From a virus: a stretch of DNA of 64,000 bases. Shown here piece by piece: positions 31,444-41,597 of the stretch. The position numbers and the translations under genes were made by a program. Location: the IMG/VR virus record IMGVR_UViG_3300025697_000014, positions 20,952 to 84,951 of that record; one strand, 5' to 3'. Numbering within the stretch: the first letter of the stretch is position 1; every line of letters begins with the position of its first letter. Below the pieces are notes generated by a model. That model ran no database searches and was not told where the DNA came from. It saw only the letters and a program-made list of their open reading frames with translations.

Positions 31444-32005
31444 TAGTACGCTTCCCCCATACATCACCAGGTGGTGGTGTGTGGGCTAGGTGATACTACA
31501 CCTGGCACATACGCACTACGCTATGTGTCTATATATGGAGGTATGTGATGAAGGCGTTACTAGTGTTGGTATACATGGGCATGGCAGCATTGGCGTTGGT
31601 AGTAGCAGCATACGTATTCACATGGGGTATGGCTATGCTCAATGGGCTGGCCCCCATCTTCTAGTAGTACGCTTCCCCTGTGCTACACCCTGGGTGGTGG
31701 CGCACAGGCTAGGTGGTACTACACCTCACACACCTACGCTATGTGGTGTGTGTATGTATGGAGGTAGTGATGAACAAGCATTGGATACGACTGGAAGATG
31801 GTGGATACATCAACATGGATACTGTATCTATTACACACGCACCTGACAATGGGGATATTGCGGTGTTCTATACTGATGGGAACGAGGGAGAGTTCTCTGG
31901 TCAAGATGCAGAGAACATTATCCGCTACCTTGAGCTTGTGTCATAGTAGTGAGCTGCATTCTGCGCACAACACGGGTTGTGCGTAGAGAAGGTGTCACTA
32001 CACCT
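31444..32005 (+). repeat. Three repeated structured intergenic elements (31444-31503, 31665-31726, 31947-32005)
   Basis: TAGTNN...hairpin...AGGTG-N6-CACCT...GGAGG..GATG before successive small genes. Confidence 0.7.
31548..31664 (+). CDS. 38-aa hydrophobic peptide (not in ORF track)
   Basis: GGAGG RBS; MKALLVLVYMGMAALALVVAAYVFTWGMAMLNGLAPIF. Confidence 0.6.
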   Translation: MKALLVLVYMGMAALALVVAAYVFTWGMAMLNGLAPIF

Positions 32006-32804
32006 ACCGTATCTATGTTGTATAGGAGGCTATGATGCAAGTGTTCCTGATGTTGTTGACGTATAAGTCGTTTACTCCGTATCACTGGTTGCGCCCTATG
32101 TCTGACGCTATTCCTGGCACACACTGTGTCATTGATGTGGGGGTGCTTCCCAAGCGCCGTTGCTACGAGATCAAGCGCCCGGGCAAGTTGCCGCTGGGCG
32201 TTATCGAGAACTATGGTGATGATGATCCATACGCGAATTACTGGACCGTCTTTGCTATCGAGGATGATGAGTGGCGCAGGGTTGGCATACCTCACAGTGG
32301 CCACAAGCGCACTATGGGCCTGGGTAAGATCAAGGCCGAGATGAAGAAACTCGGTTTCCTGTAGTATGTTTCGTTTGCTCATCACTGACGAGTGGTGGGC
32401 AATCTGGGCAATACTACGCCTGACGCACCTGCATTACGCGGTGCGTCTTTTTCATAGGGAGGTTCACTGTGAAGGGTATCGTAGTAGTAGTATCGAACAT
32501 CGTTGTTGTTGTTGTGTTCATTGTGCTGTATGTGGTGGCGTGTGGGGTAGTGTAGTGTTCTGCGCACAAGGAGGTATGTGATGAGGAGGATTACGCCTCA
32601 GATGCTCAGCAGGTACGCTGTAGCGTGTAGACAGGTAGTAGTAACGATAAAGGGATCATCCTTTATCACAGTCCGTAGAGTGTATTCTGGTAGTGAGGAA
32701 TATACGACGCCGTACTCAGTGACGAATATGAAGCGCCTCGTCCAGTTCGTAGAGACGCTTCCACCATGTGTTACATGGAGGCTTCAATAGTAGTAGTATT
32801 CAGA

Positions 32805-32941
32805 ATCCGGTAGGCGAACGGAGCACACGAGATTGCCTCAAGGGCGATAAATGGGGCTATGCCGTAGGGATACGGCTGAGTTAGACCTGACTAGAAGCCA
32901 CGCTGACATGGTCGCTCGTGTGTTGCAATCGCTTACCGGAT
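32805..32941 (+). ncRNA. Candidate structured RNA
   Basis: Long closing stem ATCCGGTAGGCGA..GCACACGAG / CTCGTGTGT..TCGCTTACCGGAT enclosing three hairpins. Confidence 0.45.
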
Positions 32942-33434
32942 ATTATCTATTTGGAGGTAGTGTGATGTTCACAGTGGGTTCGATGGTCTATCTGGTGTCG
33001 TTGGAAATCGTCAAATTCGCAGCAGAGTGCGCGAATTTGGAGTTGCTCACATACGCAGAGACTTGTGATCCTCAGTATGAGGGCAAGACTTCCGGGTTTG
33101 CTAACCACGGCCAGTACTGGTCTTTCGAGGACAGCGCAACAGCCGGTGGTGGTTGCCGCATTACGTGGTCCAAGAACGTCGCTTGGGTGTCCAGGCACTC
33201 AGGGTACGGCTGGGCTGATTGCACACAAGAGGTGTGCGATCTCTTGGAGGAGTTGGGCGCTAAGCACGCAAAGCAGGTGAGCTTCCGCAATCCGCGTGTG
33301 TACGGTACCGTCAGGGGATTCTAATTCTAGCATAGTGTGTTTCCACTAGCCGTAATGTGAGCGGCTAGTGTAGACGACATTACGTTGTCTGATGTTGCGT
33401 TAAGGGGTGCGCTTTCATCCCTGTGGAGAGACGA

Positions 33435-33677
33435 ATGAGTGAGCGCATAGTGATGGTATGGTTGGAGTTGTTCGTGTCCACCCCCACAGTTCCGCTGAAG
33501 CAGGTATACGCGAGGTTCACAAGCTCACCCAAGGAGGCTATTGCATTTGTGCGGCAGGCTCGTTCTTTGGGCTTCAAGTGCCGCTATGAGCATGACTTCA
33601 GGGGCGCTAAGATGTCGTCGTATACCCAGATTCGCAAGATGTATGCTATCTTGAAGAACTTCGGATATAGTGCGTAG
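33435..33677 (+). CDS. Hypothetical protein, paralog of 40624-40866
   Basis: Shared RFT.SP..A..FV.Q.R.LGF..RYEH.F.G.KMS. Confidence 0.65.
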   Translation: MSERIVMVWLELFVSTPTVPLKQVYARFTSSPKEAIAFVRQARSLGFKCRYEHDFRGAKMSSYTQIRKMYAILKNFGYSA

Positions 33678-33949
33678 CGTTTAGGGGGAAGCGCGGGCTT
33701 CCCTCTAAGCAGTGGGCACAATACCGTGCTTACTACAAGGAGGTTATCGTGACCAAGAAGAATCGTGGATTCGCTGATCGGACGAAGAAGTACTTTGCTC
33801 ATCAGGGTGGAAGTGGCGGGATGACAGTTGACGAGCTGACAGCTCATTGTGCGAAGTATGGATCGAAGAATCTGAGTGCTTGGCAGATCAAGGTTATGGA
33901 GCAGCGTGGCGTTCTCAAGAAGTAGTCTTTCTGCGCACAAGGAGGTTGT

Positions 33950-34537
33950 ATGAGAAGATCAAGAATGTCTCCCGAGCAGTGCAGATGTATAGTGGGGCAA
34001 GTGCTTAGCGGGGCTAGCTTTAGCGATTTGGCTAAAGAGTATGATGCTAGCGTCCAGTCCATTTGCAATATCATCAGAGGTAGAACCTATAGCGCCATTA
34101 CAGGTCGAACCTGCAAGATGACTCCGGAGGAACGCTTTTGGCGTAAGGTTAATAAGACTGATGATTGCTGGTTATGGACAGGTGCTCCAGACACTAATGG
34201 ATATGGACGCATAAAGATAGATGGCAAGTTTATAGGCGTGCATCGGTTTTCCTTCACGCTTGCGTATGGGCCAATACCAGACGGGTTATACATTTGCCAC
34301 CACTGTGATGTCCCACTCTGTGTCAATCCAGAACACCTGTTTACAGGAACAGCAAGAGACAATGCGGTAGATATGGCACACAAGGAACGTGCCTTCGGCA
34401 CAAAGCTAAGTGCTGATGATGTAAGACATATTAGAGCAAGTAGCTTGTCTAGAAAAAATCTAGCTAAGAAGTTTGGTGTATGCAGACAGTGTATTGACCA
34501 AGTTCTTCTTGGTATTACGTGGAGCTGGCTTGACTAG
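33950..34537 (+). CDS. HNH homing endonuclease with HTH domains
   Basis: ERFWRKV...CWLWTG...GYG...HR...CHHCDVPLCVNPEHL..GT..DN. Confidence 0.9.
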   Translation: MRRSRMSPEQCRCIVGQVLSGASFSDLAKEYDASVQSICNIIRGRTYSAITGRTCKMTPEERFWRKVNKTDDCWLWTGAPDTNGYGRIKIDGKFIGVHRFSFTLAYGPIPDGLYICHHCDVPLCVNPEHLFTGTARDNAVDMAHKERAFGTKLSADDVRHIRASSLSRKNLAKKFGVCRQCIDQVLLGITWSWLD

Positions 34538-34543
34538 GAGGAT

Positions 34544-35206
34544 ATGATGGATAAATGGCAATGTTGCGCCGTCTCGAAGGATGGTATAACCAAACACTTT
34601 GGCACACAACATGAGTGCCAGGTATATGTTCGATACCATCCTCTCTGTGAAGTGCGGGAGCGGCTTCACGGCTACAAGAAATACCGTGTGGAAGCGGTGT
34701 TCGTTGGTGATACCGTATACATCTTCGAGGGTGGTTGGGTGGATGCCTTGCCGTTCGTTGTAGACCACGACTATGATGACCTGAGAACGTATCATGACCA
34801 GAAAGCCATGTATCGCTGGATACGTGGTCACGAGATTGAGAATGTCGTTCGTGTTAAGCGACGACACAAGGAGAATAGTATCGTGTCCAAGAAACGCATT
34901 AGGACCTATTGCATATACTCAGGCTTCTCCGGCGACAGCATCACCAACAAGTTCAGGAATAGTAGTGGCAGGTGGTCTATATTTGTACGAGCTGTTAGTA
35001 TCAGGCAAGCATACTACTTCGTAGGCAAAGAGGTGATGCTTGACGACCAACTCGGTGTATTCTTTATGAATTACCCGGGCGGTCCTTCAATGGCAGGGTT
35101 GTTCCAATTCAACAATCGAATGCGAGCTGCGGTGAACAAGGGCTGGACGAAGTTCAACCGCAAGGGTCGCAAGCCCATTGAATTCAAAGATTCATGGCTT
35201 GACTAG
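34544..35206 (+). CDS. Hypothetical protein; C-terminal half paralogous to 35213-35524
   Basis: RTY..Y...W...VRAVSI.QAY..VG..VM shared. Confidence 0.6.
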   Translation: MMDKWQCCAVSKDGITKHFGTQHECQVYVRYHPLCEVRERLHGYKKYRVEAVFVGDTVYIFEGGWVDALPFVVDHDYDDLRTYHDQKAMYRWIRGHEIENVVRVKRRHKENSIVSKKRIRTYCIYSGFSGDSITNKFRNSSGRWSIFVRAVSIRQAYYFVGKEVMLDDQLGVFFMNYPGGPSMAGLFQFNNRMRAAVNKGWTKFNRKGRKPIEFKDSWLD

Positions 35207-35212
35207 GAGGAT

Positions 35213-35524
35213 ATGATGACTAAGCGAAGACGACGTACATATGAGCTGTATTGCAGCAGTCCGGGTAGTATCGTCAAGTATTACGGAAGATCAAAGCCCT
35301 GGGTCATAAAGGTTAGGGCTGTGTCCATCAAGCAAGCATACTGGCTAGTTGGCAACCAGGTTATGTTTGATGGCTACAAGGGTATCTTCTCACTAGATAA
35401 CTGCGATGGGCCAAATCGGTCGTTCCCATTTGCGGATAGGATGCGTGCAGCGTTGCCCAGATCCTGGCGCAACTATGACTATCGAGGCACCGAAGAGATC
35501 ATAGTTGACGATCGCTGGTACTAG
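35213..35524 (+). CDS. Hypothetical protein (paralog of upstream gene C-terminus)
   Basis: AGGAGG RBS; shared motif. Confidence 0.6.
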   Translation: MMTKRRRRTYELYCSSPGSIVKYYGRSKPWVIKVRAVSIKQAYWLVGNQVMFDGYKGIFSLDNCDGPNRSFPFADRMRAALPRSWRNYDYRGTEEIIVDDRWY

Positions 35525-35530
35525 GAGGAT

Positions 35531-35749
35531 GTGATGGAAGCTGTACCATTGCGCGTCATCAAGCAGCAGATCGCAGATCACTGGAAGCCGCGTGAGTACT
35601 GGCTCCCCAATGTGATTCCCATCGTCAGACGCAATGAGCCATGTCCGTGCGGCAGTGGTAGGAAGTACAAACAGTGCCACGGTAAGCGTGGTATTGAGCG
35701 TGAGATGATTTGGCTAGTAGAGGAGGGTCTAGACGACGACGAGGATTGA
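35531..35749 (+). CDS. SEC-C motif protein
   Basis: [18 protein letters not shown]. Confidence 0.85.
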   Translation: MMEAVPLRVIKQQIADHWKPREYWLPNVIPIVRRNEPCPCGSGRKYKQCHGKRGIEREMIWLVEEGLDDDED

Positions 35750-37080
35750 GAATACGGGGTGTCTTCGAGGCTTGTAGTATCGTTGAGAATGTAGTAGCTA
35801 TTGTGGACAATGAGTCGAATAGCTACTACGTAATATTTGACTGATATTTTCAGTTACGGGAGGGAACAGTGGACGCTATACAAGAGTACATTGGAGATAT
35901 GGCAACATCGGTGAAGAACACAATCATCGGTCTTGTGGATAACAACAAGAAGGCCGTAGCTGTGAGTAACTTGATGATGTTGACTGGTGAGGACATTACC
36001 TTCACGACACATGTTGTGGAGGCTATTGCCCACGATGCTAAGTGCGGAGAGACGATGGGTTATGGTCGTAAGGTAGAGAAGTACACCGTGTTGTTGAATG
36101 GCGTCGTGGCCATGATTGGTGACTTCGATACAGCTAGTACGTATGCCCGTGGACTCAGTGGGAATCGGGTTGTGCGCAAGACACAGCCTGATGATTTCGT
36201 CAGGTCGTTTGACCGCAAGGTCGTTGTCCACAAGCTCGTTGGCGATAACAACAAGCTGCACATTGTGGAAGAGAACTGGAATCAGACTACTCTATTTGGA
36301 GGTTAACATGTGGTTACCAGCAACACTGGTGAGTTTGAACGATACAGGATTTGAGATCGACAGTGCCGAAGATGACTGGGTTGATGAGCAATACGCTCAG
36401 CTCATGGACGGAGCCGATCTCTATGATGCGGTGATGGAGCGCACAGCTGCGCAGGCTATCGCGTCGGTGCCAAAGCTGGAAGGTACCCCAGCTAGGGTAT
36501 GGAAGGTCTTCACAGACTTGGTTGAGGGGCCACGCTTTGAGCTATATAAGGACTACGACCCCATCTCAGCAAACGAGTGGGCTAAGATATATAGGCACGT
36601 TGAGCAACCGTTCGCTATCGAGATACTCTTCTCATATGAGAACATGGGCATGAAGTACACCTTGTGTAACGTGGATCAGTACGGTGAGTTCAGCCCGGTA
36701 ATATCAATATCTGGTGGAGCTGACATGGAAGCTGACATGTTCTACGATGGGGATATCAACCCCCTACTATGGAGGCACGAATGTTTGTTCTAGTGGTAGA
36801 TGGAGTTGTAGATGGCAGCGGTGCGTTCATGGACATGGTCAGAGCAGCTGAGACCGTCAAGATTGGTGACCTGATCGAGGTTCGACGTGCCCGCGAGGGC
36901 GACAGTGTGGGCGATGTTGAGTTCGATACAGAAGACGCCAATGAGGAAGGTTTCGATGTTCTGCCAGACCCTCCTCCTTCAGGTTGGATTTGGTAATAGC
37001 TGCGCAGAAGACTGCGCAATACCTGTTAATATTTGTTAAGTGTACAGGAAAATCCACACAATGTTGAAAAGGAAACATAT

Positions 37081-37473
37081 ATGCTCAATACTGTCAAACA
37101 AAACATATGGTACAATCAGAGAGCACACGACGACATGGACAGAAAGGCTGCCGATCTACAAAGACGCCTACGCAAAGCCATCACTACATACAACAAGGCC
37201 ACACAAGCTGTTTATGGTCACAACAGAAGGGTAGCTGGAGGGGTTAGGATCACAAAAGAGGTGATCATAGATGTGATCAATGCAGCTAATGGTTTCTGCT
37301 GCTGGTGTAACCAGCCGATCAAGAAAGGGCACATCGATCACATCCAACCAGTATCTCGTGGTGGTGGAAATCAGCCAAGCAACCTGGTGTATATATGCTC
37401 TACTTGTAATCTGAGTAAGCACGACAAAACTGTGTTAGAGTTCATGATATGGAGGAAACGGAGGCAAATATGA
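37081..37473 (+). CDS. HNH endonuclease
   Basis: CCWC...HIDHIQPVSRGG.N..SNLV..CSTCNLSK. Confidence 0.88.
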   Translation: MLNTVKQNIWYNQRAHDDMDRKAADLQRRLRKAITTYNKATQAVYGHNRRVAGGVRITKEVIIDVINAANGFCCWCNQPIKKGHIDHIQPVSRGGGNQPSNLVYICSTCNLSKHDKTVLEFMIWRKRRQI

Positions 37474-38200
37474 CATTCCTTGGATGCTATTCGGTATATC
37501 ACCTCATATACTGGAAGATGGCAGCACGAGATCTGGATACGAGGGTTCGTGTTGAGTTGAAGGCGTACGGTATTGGTGGAGAGCCAATGCCGACGTTTGT
37601 GTCGGTGTATGCTGAGGACGAGGATGACATAGTGTTGCTCAGGAAGTTGTACTGGGGACATGTCATCCCCCACCTCAGTGAGATCATGGTGTTGGCGGGT
37701 CAGCAGATCCGCCGATGGAATCGCCTAAAGGAGTCGAAATGAGTGTCACAGTGACGAATGAGAAGGGTCGGATCGTGTTCATGGGCGACGAGGATACTGC
37801 GCAGAACTATGTCAGTCTGACAGCTGATCCCAGTCTCTACAAAACATTGCCCGCAAACGAGGGAGCCGAGCGCTCCTTCAACTCATCCACGGATGAGGCA
37901 GTAGTCCGAGCGTTACTTGCGCAGTCCAAGATCCACGGTAGTATCACAGTGGATCAGGTGTTGGAAGCAACCGGACGCGAGGGAGAGAGAAACCGTTGGA
38001 CTGCGTACTACAACGCGGTCAAGGAAGGTTCCTCGAATCGGAAGTGGGATAGCGTTTGGTGGAAGGAAATCAACGTACGTAAGGCGCAGGTATTACGTGC
38101 TATAGCTGCTTCGCAGTAAGATTTATGGCCCCTGTGTGAGATACAGAGGCCATAGTCGGGGCTTGCATTGCCCGCATCTGGGGGAGAGGTAGTCGGTAAC

Positions 38201-38554
38201 CTACCTCTCTCCGTCTACTGAAATACGAGTGGTGATAAAGTCGGGGAGCTTCAAACCCAACTTGGCCAGGTTGTCGATGAGATCACCTAGAAGGGTTGTC
38301 TCAATAGCAATCCAGGTAATGGGCAACAGCGGTGTGAGAGCACACCAATCGCCTATAACCTTGACGACTGCATACCCTAGAACATAGGGCAGCAGCTTGC
38401 GCCACAAGAACTCAGCCACCCGTCGGAAGTCGAAGTCCTTCTGTTTGAGGCCAGCAGCAATAGCCATAACCAGATTGACAACGATATGACCGATGATAAA
38501 CCGAACATCGGTTGCAGCAAAGAACTTCGCAAGAACACTCAGAATGTTTTCCAT
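38201..38554 (-). CDS. Putative holin
   Basis: Three hydrophobic segments; ENL/DNL-AKLGLKLP C-terminal pattern of phage holins; GGAGG RBS. Confidence 0.6.
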   Translation of the reverse strand: MENILSVLAKFFAATDVRFIIGHIVVNLVMAIAAGLKQKDFDFRRVAEFLWRKLLPYVLGYAVVKVIGDWCALTPLLPITWIAIETTLLGDLIDNLAKLGLKLPDFITTRISVDGER

Positions 38555-38570
38555 ATACACCTCCACTAGT

Positions 38571-38580
38571 ATTATACACA
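38571..38580 (-). promoter_or_regulatory. Extended -10 type promoter (TGTGTATAAT) for holin
   Basis: Plus strand attatacaca just upstream of the holin RBS. Confidence 0.45.
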
Positions 38581-38912
38581 AGGAGTAGTAATGAGCAAGC
38601 CGTTGAGTTCGTTTAGGGACAATGAGTTGCAGCGGGCAGTAGCGCGTCGTATCAATTCGGCAACGGGTGGTTTAGGCTACTTGTCAGCTATGGACTACCA
38701 GGCCGGGAAGGCCACACGGGTCAAGGCTGCGAAAGCTAAGACTGCGCAGAAAGCCGTTGAGGCTGAAGATGCTAACAATTTCGTTGACGACTATGTTGAG
38801 GGAATGGTGACAGCAATGGCTGAGATTGTGGTGGCCGAGATGGAAGCAATCGGCTTGGTGGTCAACGCTGAGTAGTTGTAGCATATCTCTTGAATGTGAA
38901 AGGGAGATTACG

Positions 38913-40601
38913 ATGGATAGCTTTGCGAGAACGGCGATGGTAGAGGCAGCTGCGGCAATTGCCATGAATACATATGCTGGTGATCCGTGGCAGCTGGATC
39001 GGGTTGATGACATCACAGCAGCGGCTGTTGATGCATGCAATACGTATCGTCCCTTGGATGGTATGGATGACATCTTCTACCAGGCTAACCACGTACTGGG
39101 CACAGCGGCAGCTGCTATGCGACAGGCCGCGAAGGATGACTCGGAGAACGACTTCGTACGTTGCTTCTCGGACCTGGTACCGGATGGTATTGGTGACCCG
39201 GCGAGATGGCTAGAGGACAAGGTCGGCTCACGTATGATGTTCTCGCCAGCAAACAGCAACGTCTACGATGAGAACTACGAGTGGGACGTGGAACAGACTG
39301 CGTTCTACATTGACGGGAAGTACTGGTCTGTTGACCATCTAGCTCGGGCATTGGCTGAGGGTGTATCTACACCTGAGTTGGCAGCTGAGTTCGAGATGGA
39401 CGACTTCGATGATATCGCGGTTAACACCGAGGTGTTGCGAGATCGTCTGACTGTCTGGGCTAGGGGCAGGGATTCGTTTGAGTCCTTGATTCAGGAGAAG
39501 GTGGAGGTTGAGGACGCACCTCTGATTAGGACTAGGTTTGGGAGGATGACGAAGGATGGTCCCGTTTACACAGGTGAGCGGATGACCAGTGGCAAGACGT
39601 TCGAGGGATCTGTCCTCGGCCACGATGAAGCATATGTCGCTCCTCATGACTATGCTACAGAGGACTTCTGCTTGGCTGCTGATCTCAGGAAGGGTGCGTT
39701 CAAGGATACAGGAGCACCAGGCTTCGATAAGGCCGATCCTGAGATGGTAGCTAACCGTAACATGCCTCTGATCAAGCGGTTGGCGAAGCATATCAAGATG
39801 CTCACGAACGCTTACGATGACCGTCTCCCCGTGGAAGCTGTACTAGATGGAGAGATTATCGACGGCCTACTAATGGCCATCCATCAAGAGGTATCGTCTC
39901 TCAATATCACTGAGTCGTCCTACAACGCGGTGTGTACTGAGTTCGCACGCCGAGTATCTGGTATCGTTAAGCACAAGGGTGTGCTGGCAACGATCAAGGA
40001 TAGACTTGGTGTCTCCTGGGACGACTGGGGGAAGGACGAGGAACGTGATCCTGTCAGCAGCAAGAAGCTGCGCGACCTCATCATCGAGGAGACAGAAGCG
40101 GGTAGGATCTTCGCTAGCAGGGGTGCAATCGTCCTCGCCAAGATCGGCGGGATGCACCCAGGCCATGCAGCGAAGCTGGGCGATGCCCTGGCAGACCGCT
40201 CCAAGAAACTGAAGCGGATACTGGATCAGGGCAAGTTCTCCACGGAAGCAGAGATCCTGATCGTGGATGGAGTAATGCCGCTATTCAACGAGGGCATTCC
40301 CAAGATCCGCATTGGTATCGTTGGCCCCGTCAGAGCAGGTGATGTGTACCTGAAGCTGATGGAAGAGCATATCCATAGATACGTTATCGTCGGATGCGAT
40401 AACAACGCCAAGAACGTAGCGGCTGTCTTGGGTGCTGAGTACTACGCGATCCCTGTTAGCGACGACCCGAGAGGGAAGAAGTGGGCAGGCGGTCAGGTGT
40501 GTGCGTCGAGTTCACATGCGATGGTAGTTATGCCTGAGAAGTTTCGTAGCGTAAAGCTACAACAGCTCAAGGCAATGGACGTTGTCGGTTGGTTTGTGTA
40601 G
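38913..40601 (+). CDS. Large acidic hypothetical protein; C-terminus weakly SLOG/YspA-like
   Basis: GGAG RBS; RIGIVG...GKKWAG C-terminal pattern. Confidence 0.5.
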   Translation: MDSFARTAMVEAAAAIAMNTYAGDPWQLDRVDDITAAAVDACNTYRPLDGMDDIFYQANHVLGTAAAAMRQAAKDDSENDFVRCFSDLVPDGIGDPARWLEDKVGSRMMFSPANSNVYDENYEWDVEQTAFYIDGKYWSVDHLARALAEGVSTPELAAEFEMDDFDDIAVNTEVLRDRLTVWARGRDSFESLIQEKVEVEDAPLIRTRFGRMTKDGPVYTGERMTSGKTFEGSVLGHDEAYVAPHDYATEDFCLAADLRKGAFKDTGAPGFDKADPEMVANRNMPLIKRLAKHIKMLTNAYDDRLPVEAVLDGEIIDGLLMAIHQEVSSLNITESSYNAVCTEFARRVSGIVKHKGVLATIKDRLGVSWDDWGKDEERDPVSSKKLRDLIIEETEAGRIFASRGAIVLAKIGGMHPGHAAKLGDALADRSKKLKRILDQGKFSTEAEILIVDGVMPLFNEGIPKIRIGIVGPVRAGDVYLKLMEEHIHRYVIVGCDNNAKNVAAVLGAEYYAIPVSDDPRGKKWAGGQVCASSSHAMVVMPEKFRSVKLQQLKAMDVVGWFV

Positions 40602-40623
40602 ACGTAGTTTGAGGAGGTTCAGG

Positions 40624-40866
40624 ATGAGCAGCAAGGTAGTTCAGATTTGGGTGTCAGTGCCCGTGAAGTCCGGCGAAGAGACGAAGTACATCTACATCCG
40701 GTTCACCCGGTCGCCCGAGTACGCGAGGACTTTTGTTACACAGTGCCGCAAGCTCGGTTTCCGTGCCCGGTACGAACACCAGTTCAAGGGTGTGAAGATG
40801 TCCACTCCCGCTCAGGTCAGGATGGGATACGCCATTCTGCGCAGTGCTGGGTATGTGGGGTCGTAG
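40624..40866 (+). CDS. Hypothetical protein, paralog of 33435-33677
   Basis: GGAGG RBS; shared motif. Confidence 0.65.
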   Translation: MSSKVVQIWVSVPVKSGEETKYIYIRFTRSPEYARTFVTQCRKLGFRARYEHQFKGVKMSTPAQVRMGYAILRSAGYVGS

Positions 40867-40916
40867 TCAACAAAGGGGCGGGGGAAACCTCGCCCCACTT
40901 TCCATGGGGGATAGAT

Positions 40917-41597
40917 ATGATAGAGACAATTGAGTCGAAAGAACTGCGTAAACTGGATGCTGTCCTCGGTGGGAAAGCTGGGGTGTATTACAAAGTAAAA
41001 GGCAGTACTAATCTCCTCATCAGCAATGAAGTAGCAGAAGCTATTGACTTCGATAGTCTATGGCCAAAAGTATCTCGTTGTAGTTTCGGTATGAAGAACG
41101 GATGGGTTGTGTGGGCACAAGACAATGATGTGTTGCCGTTTGAGGTTTTGTCTGTAGTACAGCAACATCAGCGGTACTGGTTCAACGTCCACGATATCAT
41201 GGAAGGTGGTATGTATAGCTTCTATGTGCGAGGTATGGACCTTGACCTGTCCCGTGTTGTGAGGGAACAGCAAGCTATGTGTATTGGTGTCACACTCATC
41301 ACATCAAAGATGTTCAGTTCAGAAGGTGTGTTCATCATCGAGGACGACCTGCTGAGACAGTTCGCATACGAAGCAATGCCCTTTGGTGGAGAACTAAGTC
41401 CTGGCTGGGGTACCAGTCGATTGTATACTTATGCGCAGAAGCTGCCCATCGAAGGTGGCAGGGGCTGCTTTGTCTATGACGCAGGCCAGATCAGGGAAGG
41501 CAGGAAGGTGGTGAAGTCAGCCATGCAGGGCGTCATCTGCAATCTCATTGACGAAATCCTCGTGTACTCCGATATAATCGCGGCATGCTATGCCTAA
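40917..41597 (+). CDS. Hypothetical protein
   Basis: Start MIETIESK after a hairpin; coupled to 41590. Confidence 0.5.
   Translation: MIETIESKELRKLDAVLGGKAGVYYKVKGSTNLLISNEVAEAIDFDSLWPKVSRCSFGMKNGWVVWAQDNDVLPFEVLSVVQQHQRYWFNVHDIMEGGMYSFYVRGMDLDLSRVVREQQAMCIGVTLITSKMFSSEGVFIIEDDLLRQFAYEAMPFGGELSPGWGTSRLYTYAQKLPIEGGRGCFVYDAGQIREGRKVVKSAMQGVICNLIDEILVYSDIIAACYA

Noticed and set aside
31444-32005. CRISPR array
   Set aside because: Repeats are degenerate, separated by whole genes, and no cas genes are present
32855-32900. Hammerhead ribozyme
   Set aside because: Junction has CUGA and GAA-like pieces but not the CUGANGA/GAAA core
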